Positions 32,999 through 46,400 of a DNA stretch of 64,000 bases are shown here, piece after piece. This stretch comes from the human T2T-CHM13v2.0 reference genome, Homo sapiens. Position numbers and translations under genes: made by a program. The notes under the pieces are model-generated. The model searched no databases. It was not told where the DNA came from and was given only the letters and a program-made list of their open reading frames with translations. Where the stretch lies: NCBI RefSeq assembly GCF_009914755.1, contig NC_060937.1; one strand, 5' to 3'. Positions within the stretch are counted from its first letter, which is position 1, and every line of letters begins with the position of its first letter.

Positions 32999-34755
32999 CT
33001 TTTTTGCAACGAGTTTGCCACCAGAACACAGGTGTCATGAAAACTACCCCTAACAGCCAAAATGGGAAGAGACTTTTATCAACATTGTCTTCATTGGACA
33101 CATAGATTCAAGGCAAGTCCACCACTACTGGCCATCTGATCTACAAATGTGGTGGAATCAACAAAAGAATCATTGAAAAATTGGAAAAGGAGGCTGCTGA
33201 GATGGGAAAGGGCTCCTTCAAGTATTCCTGGGTCTTGGATAAACTGAAAGCTGAGCATGAATGTGGTCTCACTATTGATATCTCCCTGTAGAAACTTGAG
33301 ACCAACAAGTACTACATGACTTAGCATTGATGCCCCAGGACACAGAGACTTCATCAAAAACATGATTACTGGGACATCTCAGGCTGACTGTGCTGTACTG
33401 ATTATTGCTGCTGGTGTTGGTGAAATTGAAGCTAGTAGCTCCAAGAATGGGCAGGCTGGCGACCATGCCCTTCTGGCTTACACACTGGGTGTGAAACAAC
33501 TAATTGTTGGTGTTAACAAAATGGATTCCACTGAGCCAACTTACAGCCAGAAGAGATATGAGGAAATCATTAAGGAAGTCAGCACTTATATTAATAAAAT
33601 TGGCTACAATCCTGACACAGTAGCATTTGTGCCATTTGCTGGTTGGAATTGTGACAACATGCTGGAGCCAAGTGCTAACATGCCTTGGTTCAAGGGATGG
33701 AAAGTCACCCATAAAGATGGCAGCACCAGTGGAACCACACTGCTTGAGGCTCTGGACTGCATCCTCCCACTAGCTTGTCCAACTGACAAGTCCTTGCACC
33801 AGCCTCTCCAGGGTGTCTACAAAATTGGTGGTATTGGTACTGTGTCTGTGGACCGAGTGGAGACTGGTGTTCTCAAACCCGTTATGGTGGTCACCTTTGC
33901 TCCAGTCAACGTTACAACTGAAGTCTATTGAAATGCACCATGGAGCTTTGAGTGAAGCTCTTCTTGGAGACATTATGGGCTTCAATGTTATGAATGTGTC
34001 TGTCAAAGATGTTCGTTGGGGGAGTGTTGCTGTTGACAGCAAAAATGACCCACGAATGAAGGCAGTTGGCCTCACTGCTCAGTGATTATTCTGAACCATT
34101 CAGGCTAAATCAGTGCTGTCTATGCCCTTGTACTGAATTGCCACACAGCCCATGTTGCATCCAGGTTTGCTGAGCTGAAGGTAAAGATTTATTGCCATTT
34201 TGGTAATAAGCTGGAAGATGGCCCTAAATTCTTGAAGTCTGGTGATGCCGCCATTGTTGATATAGTTCCTGGCAAGCCCATGTGTGCTGAGAGCTTCTCA
34301 GACCATCCTCTTCTGAGTTGTTTTGCTGTTGGTGATGTGAGACAGACAGTTGCTGTGGGTGTCATCAAAGCAGTGGACAAGAAGGCTGCTGGAGCTGGCA
34401 AGGTCACCAGGTTTGCCCAGAAATCTCAGAAGGCTAAATGAATATTATCCCTAATACCTGCCACTCTAGTCTTAATCAGTGGTGGAAGAATGGTCTCAGG
34501 ACTGTTAGTTTCAGTTGGCCATTTAAGTTAATAGTAAAAGACTGGTTAAAGATAACAATGCATCTTAAAACCTTCAGAAGGAAAGGAGAATGTTTTGTGA
34601 ACTACTTCATTTTTGTTTTTTTTCTTTTTTCTTTTGCATGTGGTAGTTTTACTAGTTTTTTAAATCAGTACGTTTTAATGGAAACAACTTGACCGAAATT
34701 CTGTCGCAGAATTTTGAGACCCATTAAAACAAAGTTTAGTGAGAAAAAAAAAAAA
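32999..34755 (+). pseudogene. EEF1A1P3: Full-length processed pseudogene of EEF1A1 (probably EEF1A1P3)
   Basis: Starts at the EEF1A1 5' TOP/UTR (ctttttt gcaacgagtttgcc). ATG at 33062, intronless, TGA at 34439-34441 (QKAK*), 3'UTR, ATTAAA at 34723, A-tail 34744-34755. Disabled by a deletion just after the ATG, TGG>TAG at 33289-33291, and frameshifts near 33925 and 34083. The pseudogene number is from recollection of the locus. Confidence 0.95.
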
Positions 34756-35316
34756 GCCAGGTAAAAAATACATATATGTGTATGACCCATTTATGTGAAA
34801 TTTTTAAAAATGCAGACTAATTCATAGTGACAGAAAGTCTCAGTGGTTTCCTGGAGACTTGGGGGCAGAGAGCAGAGAGGGGTGGAAAGGAGAGAGGGGT
34901 TTATAAGAGGCCTGTGCAGACTTTAGTATGATGTTTATGGTCATTATATTGATTTGGGTAATGGTTTCCAGGTTGTATATCTGTGTCAAGAGTTACCAAA
35001 GTTTTAAGTATGTGCAGTGTATTACATGTTAATTGTATCTTAAATAAAGTTGTTAACAAAAAGTCACCAGGTTAGGTTTTCATTCAGAGGATGGAAAGAT
35101 TACTGATACCAATTTACAGAGCCCTTAAGATAGCTAAAGCAGGCCGAGCTCTTTAAAGAGCTGTCCAATAGTTTTATGAGTTTACTATGTGATTAAAATA
35201 ACCCTGACCAGTATTCAGGAATATTAGTTTCTCATTCATCCCATCATTGTATGATAACAATTTTTTTCTTATAGGCCTTTTTGGGCCATATATGCAATGA
35301 AATGTTACATATCTTA

Positions 35317-36152
<836 letters not shown>

Positions 36153-38775
36153 TTGTGGGGTAAATTTGAGTGTATGAGAATCTTAGACTATTGAATGAAC
36201 ATTAATTTTTTTAAAATGTCCACTTAGAACTATTTAAAATATAAACGTAAATTAGGGTTTTAATTATGAATATAAATGAGTGCATATCTGTATATTTTAC
36301 AGAAACCAAAAATTTAATATTATAGAGAAATATCTGTCTTTAGGAAAGGATTATTCAAACATAGGTCAGGGATAGTAAAACTTTAGTTTTTTTTTATTTC
36401 TATTTTTCTTATTTATCCCAAACTCCTTATTGTTGTTGAAGTTATAATTTATATAACTCAAGTTCTTATGTCATCTAATCCTAGATAAAACCTTTGCCTC
36501 CTACACCTGAAAGAAATAGGTTCTTTTCTCAACAGGTATTTCATTTTAATGTGATACTTGTTCTAGTTACCAGTTTAGCCTTATCTTTCAAAAAATTATT
36601 CTTAACATGTTAAAAATATATACCTATGCTATTTTTAATAGATTTTATAGTTTTAAAAAAAGATTTATATTTTAAACCAGTAGAAGTTTTAAGAATGCAT
36701 CTTTATTGTTACATGTTATTTTAAAGATTTTTATCATGAAAAAGTATTCTAGGTAAGGTCTTAATTTCTGATTTTTAATTTAAATGTATCTGATCATTTT
36801 CTGATCTGGCTACAATTAATTTATATTATCTATTAAAGATCTTTTTTGTGTGCTGTTGTACCTGAATCTTACATAATTATTTTTTCTGCCATTTAAATTA
36901 TTTTATCTTTAATCTCAAGTGCTCACAGTTGAACAAAACAAACTCTCAAATCACCAAATCAAGGAATACTAAATCAAGAAAGGAAGGAGAGTTTTAGGTC
37001 ATCATTTTCAGTTCTTAATTCAGATTCATTGTTGAGTAGGTTTTGGCATCCGTGGTTATTGAATCTGTAGAAGTTACAGTGTTGTATGTAACTCTTAATA
37101 GTTAGGTTAATTTTAATAACTTCCACTCGTACATATTTGGAGGTCCTTTATAATTTGTTATGAAAGGTAGAATGGACCTTCCCCTCTTTTTTCCCCTTTA
37201 CAGGGTCTCAAAAATAATAAAAATACTCTTTCAAAATAATAAGGTTAGAGAAACTCATTTTTGAAATTAGTCTGTTATTTACTGTAATTATAGGATATAT
37301 GTGAAATAGAAACTGGGTAATACCTGTTTCTCAGGAACACACTAAAAGTATTCATATTGTGTATTATTTTCCTTATGTAATTTTGCTGTCTCCTGGTAAT
37401 CTTGCGTAATCCTGAAGTCCACGTCTCTAGGCATTTTGGACTATTTTATCAAGATATCAATGGCTTTTATCTTGACCCTCAACTTCTAAGATTTAGGTTT
37501 AACTGGGACATACCGGCCCTGACATACTTTTCATTCTGTTGGTAGCCATTTGTTCCCTTATAACTAGGAAGGTACTACGTTAGTAAAATGCAGTGGCTGG
37601 TTTTCTTCTCCAGAAATCAAGGAATTGGCCATCTGTTTAGAGAACATGCCACTGTTTTCGGGAATGTTATAGTTGGAAATTTTTTAAAAACACATTTAAG
37701 TCACAAAAGAGGATTTTTTTCCCCTTTGGAAAATATAGCCTCAGACCTGATTATACTTTTTCAGAAATTCATGCCTTAGATGTGGCAGTAAAAGATTGAT
37801 TCTGTAGTTCTAGTGTATTTTAATTAAGCCCAGATTTAGCATTTGTTCTATATTTTATCACTTTTTATTTAACTTTAGCTGGCACATAACTGATAATACT
37901 CGTTTTGGAGTTTACATTTGGGTTAGCCTGGTGACTTGTTACCTTCCAGATCTAGTATTTTGAACTCTTAACTCATTCAAATTAAATAGGGAAGTTGTTC
38001 TTTCTGCCTCCTGTGGAAATTTAATGTGGGCAATATTATATAGACTTTTTATGAATCTTATGTATAGTCTCATATGTTCTAGTATTTCTTAAAGCTAAAA
38101 ATAGCATGCCACTTGAATATATAAAGAGTTGTAGCATAGTACCACTGTGAAAAAGGTGTTTTCCGTGTAATCTCATAGCCAAATATTTTTCAGTGTAACA
38201 AGTCACGCATGGTACTGCATGGGCATTAGGATCGCTTTAGTTTTTCTTATATCTTGATTCCTCCCATATTTGCCGTGTTTTTAAATGTTTCTCTAACCTT
38301 TACTTTGTTACTTAAATACATGATACCATATTATTAGGGAAATGTTTGAAGTACCTACAAAAAAGAAAGTGATTAATTTTGGAAGAAAGGCAGTTTTGAC
38401 CTTTATCTTGGTAGAAGTGGTTTAAAGATACTAAACTTGAAATTTGTTGCTCAGTTTTGAGGTAATCTCAACCTCCCAGTTCTCTAAAACTTAGTAGTTT
38501 GGTAATGATGCATGCTTGATAATAAAGACAAATTTTACACATTACTGAGGTTAAAATTCTGCAAATGAAATGATTAAAGTCTTCAAATTTGATGATCAGA
38601 TTTCCTTTAAGAAATATAATTATGACACACCAAAATATGGAACCGAAAACACTTGTTAATCCTTTCAATAATATATTTTACTTAGTAAATAAAGCACTGT
38701 GGAATATGCCTAGTAGATTCAATGTCTTTTTTCGGCTTAAAGTGTGTTAACTTACTATATTTGATTTTTAAATAG

Positions 38776-38923
38776 ACACCAAATCCTACTGCAAGCGAGT
38801 TTATTCCTAAAGGAGGATCAACCTCCAGGCTGAGTAACGTGTCCCAGTCAAATATGTCTGCCTTCTCTCAAGTTTTCTCTCACCCATCCATGGGAAGCCC
38901 TGCTACTGCTGGATTAGCGCCAG
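38776..38923 (+). CDS. PAN3: PAN3 internal coding exon, 148 nt, phase 0-1, contains the PAM2 (PABPC-interacting) motif
   Basis: Acceptor ttgatttttaaatag| and consensus donor CAG|gtaagt. Translates TPNPTASEFIPKGGSTSRLSNVSQSNMSAFSQVFSHPSMGSPATAGLAP(G). NPTASEFIP matches the PAM2 core NxxAxEFxP and is recognised as vertebrate PAN3. Not present in the ORF track. Confidence 0.95.
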
Positions 38924-41900
38924 GTAAGTTGAGTAACTATTTCCAGTGAGTTCCAGATACCATGTCTGTAAGCACCATTTACTATTAATTTATCAGAACT
39001 GAAATTGTATACTTGAATGATTCACATTTGAACATTAAGAGCTTTATGTTCTAGTTTTTGGTACCATAGGCCAAATGTGTAGTTGAGAATTTTAAAGCAA
39101 AATTTAAATATGAATGAAATTACATATAAGAATTTTTATATATAAAACTCACAAAAAAATTTAAAGGGGAAATGGTTATTTAGGAAAAAATCTATCTTTT
39201 TGTATTTCTCTATTTTTAAAACTTTGTGCTGTTTCACTCAAACTTACAAAGGCATCAGAAAGAACGTGAATATTTATGTACATATGCCTCAGAGTCCTCC
39301 TTTTACATTAAATTTCTAAAAAATAATTTAATCATTCTACATCTTTAGATGGTATTCCCTTTCAGATATTTGATTATAAATGCTATAGTAGTAATTTTAA
39401 ATTGGGTAAAGTATTATAAACAGTAGTAGGAAAAAAATATACTACATGAGGGATCATTGCAGTAGAGAAAAACACTTTTTAGTTATCTTCTGCCCATAAT
39501 GTACCCATAAAGTGTACCCATAATGACAGAACAATTTGGGCAAATGTGCTTGTACTCCAGGAGTCCTGAAGGCATAGTTCAATGTGACCCTTTGAGAAAT
39601 CTATGATTCTTTGCAGTCTTCATTTTTATCTTAAGAATTCATGCAGATTTTGCATCTGCTACTCCATAATGTTTATTTTAGTATAAAAATATTTAAATTT
39701 TTAAAATTAACATCACTTATCCCCACTGCTGTATACCTTGATTTGGAAAGTAAGGTGGTATGCACAATCACATTGAATTCATAGTAAGTGCTGAGCAGAT
39801 TGGTATCTTATGTTTGTCGAATGTTTGAGTTGCACACACAAATTAGGCTTCTAGAACCTATACAGGAAAATCATCACTTGGTCTTGGACATTAAAAAAAA
39901 AAACAGAAATAAAATGAAATATATACACACACTAAAACAAAGCCAAAGGATATATCTAGATCAGCCAGGAACTGGTACTGTCTCCAGGGCTTAATCTAAT
40001 TAGTAAGTAAATCGTTGATTTAAATACTCATATATCTAATTCAAGGACCTCTTTGGGAAGAAAAATGGGAGAAGATAAAGATAACACAGTGGCGCAGAGC
40101 ATCTGTTTTAGCATTAAAGTATCAGAGTACTCAGAGCTTAATAACCTTGTGTTGCTAAGGATTTTGTCAGCGCCTCATTTCCCCACCATTCTTTCTCTTA
40201 CTACCTGTCTCCCTTCCAACTCCCCTCCCACCACTTGTTCCCTTACCTTTTCTTCTACTTTGGTTTTTTTCCAGGTTCAGTTAAATTTGTAAGCATTTTC
40301 CTTTCTTCCCTAGAGAGCAGTGTCAGAATTGAATATCTCTGGTAGCCTTAAAGTTTTATTGTAAGTAATATACTACTATGATTTTTCTCTTGTTGAGGTG
40401 TGTTCACATTGTTTACATGAGCATAATCTGCAAATGAGCTACACATCTTAAAATTTCTTAGGCATTGTCTAGACTTCTGAGCAGTGTTGTAATTCAACTT
40501 TATATGTCTCTTTCCAAAGCATCCGCAATAATGGGATCCATATAGCAATCAGAAAACTTTGGCCTTAATTACATGCCAGTTTATTTTGCCCTAACAATAC
40601 TTCCTTCCTCGTATCAGAAATAAACATTTTGTTAACTTATTTCATGAAACTAATTTAGACATGCCATTCAAAAAAAATTAGCCTTTTCAATTGGAGGAGT
40701 TAAAAATATTAAAGGGAATTTTAAATTTAAAAACATTCAGTTTAAGAAAATCCATTAATGCTTATGGTATAGGTATAAGCTTATTTGGAGGTAGGTATAT
40801 TCATTGGTCCCAATTGGACCTCACAATAGAAACTTAGGGTGAAATTAATTAATTTAAAAATTAAATTAGCTGAAAATCTATTCTTCTACATAGCCCTAGC
40901 ATTAAATGGTTATTCTAGCTCCTCTTAACAATGAAAGTGATCACTCTCTGGAACCATTGGAAATAGGTCATTATATCATATGAAATGTATTCTTGAATTC
41001 TAATGACTATTATTTTAAAAGTGCTCTTCATTCAGATGACAACTCAGTTAAAATATTTTTCAACAATGATGAATTATTTTGCATTAATTATTTTTTCTGT
41101 TTGGTTATTGGTTTAACACTCTGGAGATGAGCAAAGAAAAAATATTTAAGTCTGCCTTTCGGAAAAACCATTGTACTCTCAGTGTCTTCCATCATTTCTT
41201 ACCTACAAATGTTGTTTTGTTTAAGGAAGGGTTCTTGACATTTGCCGTGTAAGGTTATAGAATAAATAAAGAGTTTATTTACCTACGGTAGTGGTGATTT
41301 AGTTTATTTTTAATTCTTACTGTCTATTATAGGTGTAACTCATTGATTTTAGTTACAAGTTTTTAATTTAAAGTTTCTATCCCCAAAACTATTGCCCTCG
41401 AAAGTATCAAATTACTATAAAATATGAAACCTTAAATACTTTGACACTTATGTAAACTAGGGTAACATCATTTTCATTACGTATGGGAAAGTACATATCT
41501 AAATATATTTTTGACCAAATATATTTGTCAAAATTTTTAGGCCAGTTTATTTTGTCCCAATATTTGAGCAAAGTTGAGTGGATATTAAGAGTGGGTTTCC
41601 TCAAATTATGAGGAACAAAGGCATAATGCCTGGCACAAAGGAGACCCTGAGTGAATCACATTGCTTTTTAAAAATTTGTTTTGATCACTTAAGAAAAAAT
41701 AAGTCATGTTTTTGGTATATGTCTCAATGTAAGAAATAAAACTTTATACAAATATTTGAATTTACTCACAGCTAATTAGGTTTTTAAAAAGCGTTAAAAT
41801 TTGTGACATGTATTTCTATCAAATTGTATACACACTCATTTTTTAATTTAAGGAATCAAGGATTTATAGATACAGTTTTGTTATGCATATTGAACCTATG

Positions 41901-42094
41901 AACAATAGCTACATTTCTAAGTATCTTTTGTGAAGTTAGTTGTTTTAATGATACTAAAGATATGGCACTTGGGCTTGTCTTTAAGAATCCCTCCAGTTAT
42001 GCATATTTTTATTTATAAATAGACATTTTTCTCTGGCAACAGCTTTTATTATTCTCTCAGAGGTTCACAGCCTTCCAAAATTTAAGAACCACTG

Positions 42095-42203
42095 TTTTTT
42101 TTTTTGTTTTTTGTTTTTTGTTTTTGAGACGGAGTTTTGCTCTTGTTGCCCAGGCTGGAGTGCAGTGGCGCGATCTCTGCTCACTGCAACCTCCACCTCC
42201 TGG
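42095..42203 (-). mobile_element. Severely 5'-truncated Alu with 10-bp TSD agaaccactg
   Basis: TSD at 42085-42094 and 42204-42213. Confidence 0.9.
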
Positions 42204-42416
42204 AGAACCACTGATTTAACACAACTTAAGACTAATTTCCAGAGTGTTATACAGTAAGAATACTTTTAAGTAACACATAGCCTAAAGATACATTTTTCTA
42301 GTAGCTCTGGCTTAGGCAGAGGGTTTTTTTGACTAGATCTCTGGAAACGAAGTTATGAATGTGCTTAATATATGAAATAATAGTTTATACTTTAATTTTT
42401 GTGCCATGAAAAGTGA

Positions 42417-42716
42417 TTTTTTTTTTTTTTTTTTTTTTTTTTTGAGACAGAGTCTCTCTCTGTCTCCCAGGCTGGAGTGCGTGGCTCATTCCAAGCTCGG
42501 CCTGCCAGGTTCACGCCATTCTCCTGCCTCAGCCTCGCGAGTAGCTGGGACTACAGGCGCCCGCCACCGCGCCCGGCTAATTTTTTTTTGTATTTTTAGT
42601 AGAGACAGGGTTTCACCATGTTAGCCAGGATGGTCTCGATCTCCTGACTTCGTGGTCTGCCCGCCTCGGCCTCCCAAAGTGCTGGGATTACAGGCGTGAG
42701 CAACCGCGCCCGGCCA
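42417..42716 (-). mobile_element. AluY-like, CpG-rich, with about 12-nt deletion in the right arm
   Basis: ggttcacgccattctcctgcc and ttagccaggatggtctcgatctcctgac. TSD aaaagt(g/a)atttt. Confidence 0.88.
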
Positions 42717-43169
42717 AAAAGTAATTTTATCGTGAGAACTAATTGCTGAATGTCCTTTTTCATCAGAATTTTCCCGAGTATTTTTAATAGTAGACATAGT
42801 TAACTAAGTCTTCGTGTACTTTAGGTTTAATTACCTCAGTGTTAACAAATTTACAGTGTCACAGTGTGTTTGAAAGTGACTGTAAGTGCAGCAGGAGCAG
42901 CACACATTTCTGCATGGTGTTCTTGTGTATCATTTGGTGGTTTAGTGCACAGTTGTGTCTCAGGAATTGAGCATCTCTCCTTCTGCTTAATTATCATGTG
43001 TGGGCCCTTAGGAGGGGCAGAGATGAGTTCTTATATTTGCAAATGTCATCATTAATTTATAAATGAGAAAATGAGTCACAGTGATTTTCAGCATTTGTCA
43101 ATATTCATTCCTTCAAGATGAAAATAGTGCAGTTTTTTTTTAATCATTAGATATGTTTTCTTGTAAATT

Positions 43170-43466
43170 ATTATTACTTTAGAGAGAGTGTCTCACTCTG
43201 TCGTCCATCCTGGAATGCAGTGGCATGACCGTAGCTCACTGCAGCCTCCAGTTCCAGCTCCGGCGCAAGCAATTCTCCCACCTCAAACTCCTGAGTAGCT
43301 GGGACTACAGATACATGCCAAGTTAAAAAATTCTTTTTAAATTTTTTTTGTAGAGACGAGTTCTCACTATATTTTCCAGGCTGGTCTCAAACTAGCCTCA
43401 AGTGATCCTTTCTCCTCAGTCTTTCAAAGTGCTAGAATTATAGGGGTGAGCCACCTCACTCAGCCT
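43170..43466 (-). mobile_element. AluJ
   Basis: Diverged antisense dimer. Confidence 0.82.
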
Positions 43467-46400
43467 TTGTTGCATATTATTAAGGCAAACTCATATGATT
43501 GATATGGGGAGAATCATCTAATTATTATACCAAAATTAGCATTATTAAATAATTGTATTCATTTATTACCAAGTTTATTTATTGTAGGCTTTTGGGAAAA
43601 TAAATCCAAAGAAAATTATGTTCTTACATCCAGTTTTTTAAAAATACGGAAAAGTCATTTCTTATATATTCCTGAGGTTATGGTGCCAAATTGGTGGGTA
43701 AAATTGGCTAATACCCTTTTTTTAAATAAACATTTTTAGCTTGAGAAATATGTGAGGGAAAAAGGGAAGGGAAAGAAAAAGGGGAAATTAATATTTGTCG
43801 TTCTTGTTCAGAAATATCAAAACTTTTTATGAACGTTGTAGACTAAAAATAGTTATTTACTCTTATAATGTTGAAGGGTTGGGATAAGCAGATCGTTTTC
43901 AGTTTAAAGTTCTGTGCCAAAAAACAAAATTCCGTGATTGATTATCTCTATGGCATTTCATATCATAGATGAGCAAATGGAGGTATTAGGTATTTAAATT
44001 ACATAGTAGTTGGATTAGGCAATAACATGATATTGGTTATTGATTTAAGTGGAACCTTTGGGATTTACATAGTCCAGCCTTGCGCCAATCTAGAGGTGGC
44101 ATTTCTGACAGATTGTCATCTAGTCTCTGCTTAGTCATTTACAGTAATATAAGGAATTCATTAACTAACCAAGGCAGCCAGCCCAGTGTACATTTTAACA
44201 ATTTGAATACAAAAGAAAACTCAGTCTTCTGCTAAACCAAAGTCTTGTCTCTCTTCCATCCACTTGTCCTAGTCCTCTCCTTTTTTGCTGAATGGGAAAA
44301 AAAAACTTTCCTATATGATAGTTCTTTTAGTTATTTTATTCTTCAGACTAGTTCTGTGTGTGTCCATATAACTGATTTATTTGTAAGACAGACAAGGTGG
44401 CGTCAGGCAACCGGGGAGAAGTATTATTCAGTTCAACGAATTGTATAGGTCCAAAATTGTGAACTCTTGTAAGTCATAAGGAATAGAACACTAGTGTGGG
44501 TAAAATTAAATCCACAGATATGTCTACCTAGCTATATTACTACTTTGGTATCCAGCTAAGGAGTGTACCATTGGGAAAACAGGAAACTCTTTGGAAACTG
44601 TTCTTTTTTTGGGGAAACAGGATGAATCTATGGTCTTGAAGATGGTGAATATCTAAGCTCAGACTTTAAATTTCATTGTGCGTTTTAGGGCTCTACGTTA
44701 AGTCTTTCAAGGCACAAAAACTCCATAAGCGATTGCTTTAGATTATTTTGTGTTTACTAAGTGATATAATTATTAAAAATAAAAATTGTAACCATATTTA
44801 TATGGTTCTTAAATATCACCAGTTTTAATAAACATAACAGATTTTCCTTGTAATTGTTTCTCAGAAGTCTACTGTTAAATGGATTCTGTGGGATAGTCAA
44901 ATAATTACAGCTCAAATTAATTTGATTTCTGTCTAAATTGAATTCTTCAAATTAGTTTTGTACTTAATATCAATAATGGTAGTTTGGCATTAAAGTATCC
45001 TTCTAATTAATTAATTAGATTTCCTAAACATCTCACAAATTGCTTAAGAAGAAGGGACCATGCCATTTCTCATCTAGTACAAATTTAGGTATAAATGGTG
45101 TTTAATAAATGCTTACTCAATAGATAAGGCTTAATTTTTGTCTTGGAAAATAATTTTGTAATTGTTAGGTATCTCTTAAGTACAGTGAATTTTAATTAAT
45201 AAACATCTTTGAAGAACTTCTAAAAACTGCAAATGTTCAAGAATATGCAGGTGAATAGTCAAATGAGGAACAGAAATGTGCCTGGTGAAAAAGTTTAACA
45301 GCATCAAAACTAGACACTGTGTTTTGAGATGCTGAAGCACTCTTATAACCAATTAAAGTATTTGTATTTTTAAATTGCATGTTTCCATTCTTTGTAACTA
45401 CTTTGTTTTTCAGGTATATTCAGCAGATTCATTCAAATCTTTCCAAGTTATTTAGTTTGGAGATTGCTTTCTTCATTAAAAAACAAGTAAATTAACAACT
45501 ATTTTATGATTAAGATGAGGGATCTCAAGGTTTTTGTGAAGTGGACCTTTTAATTGCCCTGTAATGAGGAGCTCATCCTAGAAGGAAGCTCCTCTGTGTA
45601 TGCATGTGTAAGGACACAGATTGTGATGCCCCTGGGAAATTTACTAACAGTAGAACTGTAGAATCATAACAGGGTTGGGAGTGCCTGCTGGCTATATTCC
45701 CTTCTCAGTTGGGAATTTCAGGAAACTGAGGCGAGACGTTTATGGCGCAGAGAGGGATGTGGCTGCTGCAGCTGGCTTGGAGACCTGTCAGGTAAGGCTT
45801 AAATAGCTACCAGTAGATAATATTCTACTGGTTGTGGAATCCCTGGTTAATGGGTCCTCATAGGTATAAGAGTTCCTCTTGTGAACTTCCTGTTTAAATC
45901 TCATTGAATTGGCTATTTTGTCCCATAATTAGGGGGTAGGGGCTGGATGGGAGTGGGTAGGGATTTCCTTTAACTACGAGTTACCGATCCAGTGATCTAC
46001 AGCTGCAGCAAAGTCTCTTGCTGCTCTTGGACTGCTTTCAGTGTATTATGACTCGATTGCCTTTAGAACATGGTACCAGTTCTACTGAAGCAGCTATGTG
46101 ATTTTCAGCATACCGCTTGGTTTCTGTGTTTTAGAGTCTTCAGTTCTATAAGAAGGTAATAGTAGATGATTTTAAGTCTTTCTAATCTAAAATTCTGTGT
46201 TTTTGAGACATGGAAATCTGTAGAAGCATAGAGGACAGTAAAGAGACAGAAATGAAGACAGTGGTGCGAAGTAGTAAAAAGGGAAGGATAACATTTGTAC
46301 TAGACTTAAGAAAGATTTTAGAAGGCATATGGACTTCTTGACTTATTCTGTGTAAATAGAAAATCTTCCCATGGCTCCCTTTGTTTCATAGGTGGAGATG

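Larger units (their letters stand above)
30235..35061 (+). mobile_element. Ancient L1M (L1MC/MD-like) relic: 5'/ORF1 remnants and 3' end, interrupted by MER2, an Alu fragment and the EEF1A1 retrocopy
   Basis: ORF1-like ttagtgaacttgaag ... ataattggagttcc ... ttttccaaacttgatga. 3' end aattaaaaccacaatgagataccactacacacctattagaatg, ctttggaaaacagttt, gcagctttatttgtaatagccaaaacttggaaacaa, ending aataaagttgttaacaaaa. Confidence 0.8.

Noticed and set aside
33091-34407. Minus-strand ORFs over the EEF1A1 copy
   Set aside because: Antisense shadows of formerly coding sequence.
39493-39524. Short imperfect repeat cccataatgtacccataaagtgtacccataatg
   Set aside because: Too short and simple. Consistent with slippage, with no evidence of function.
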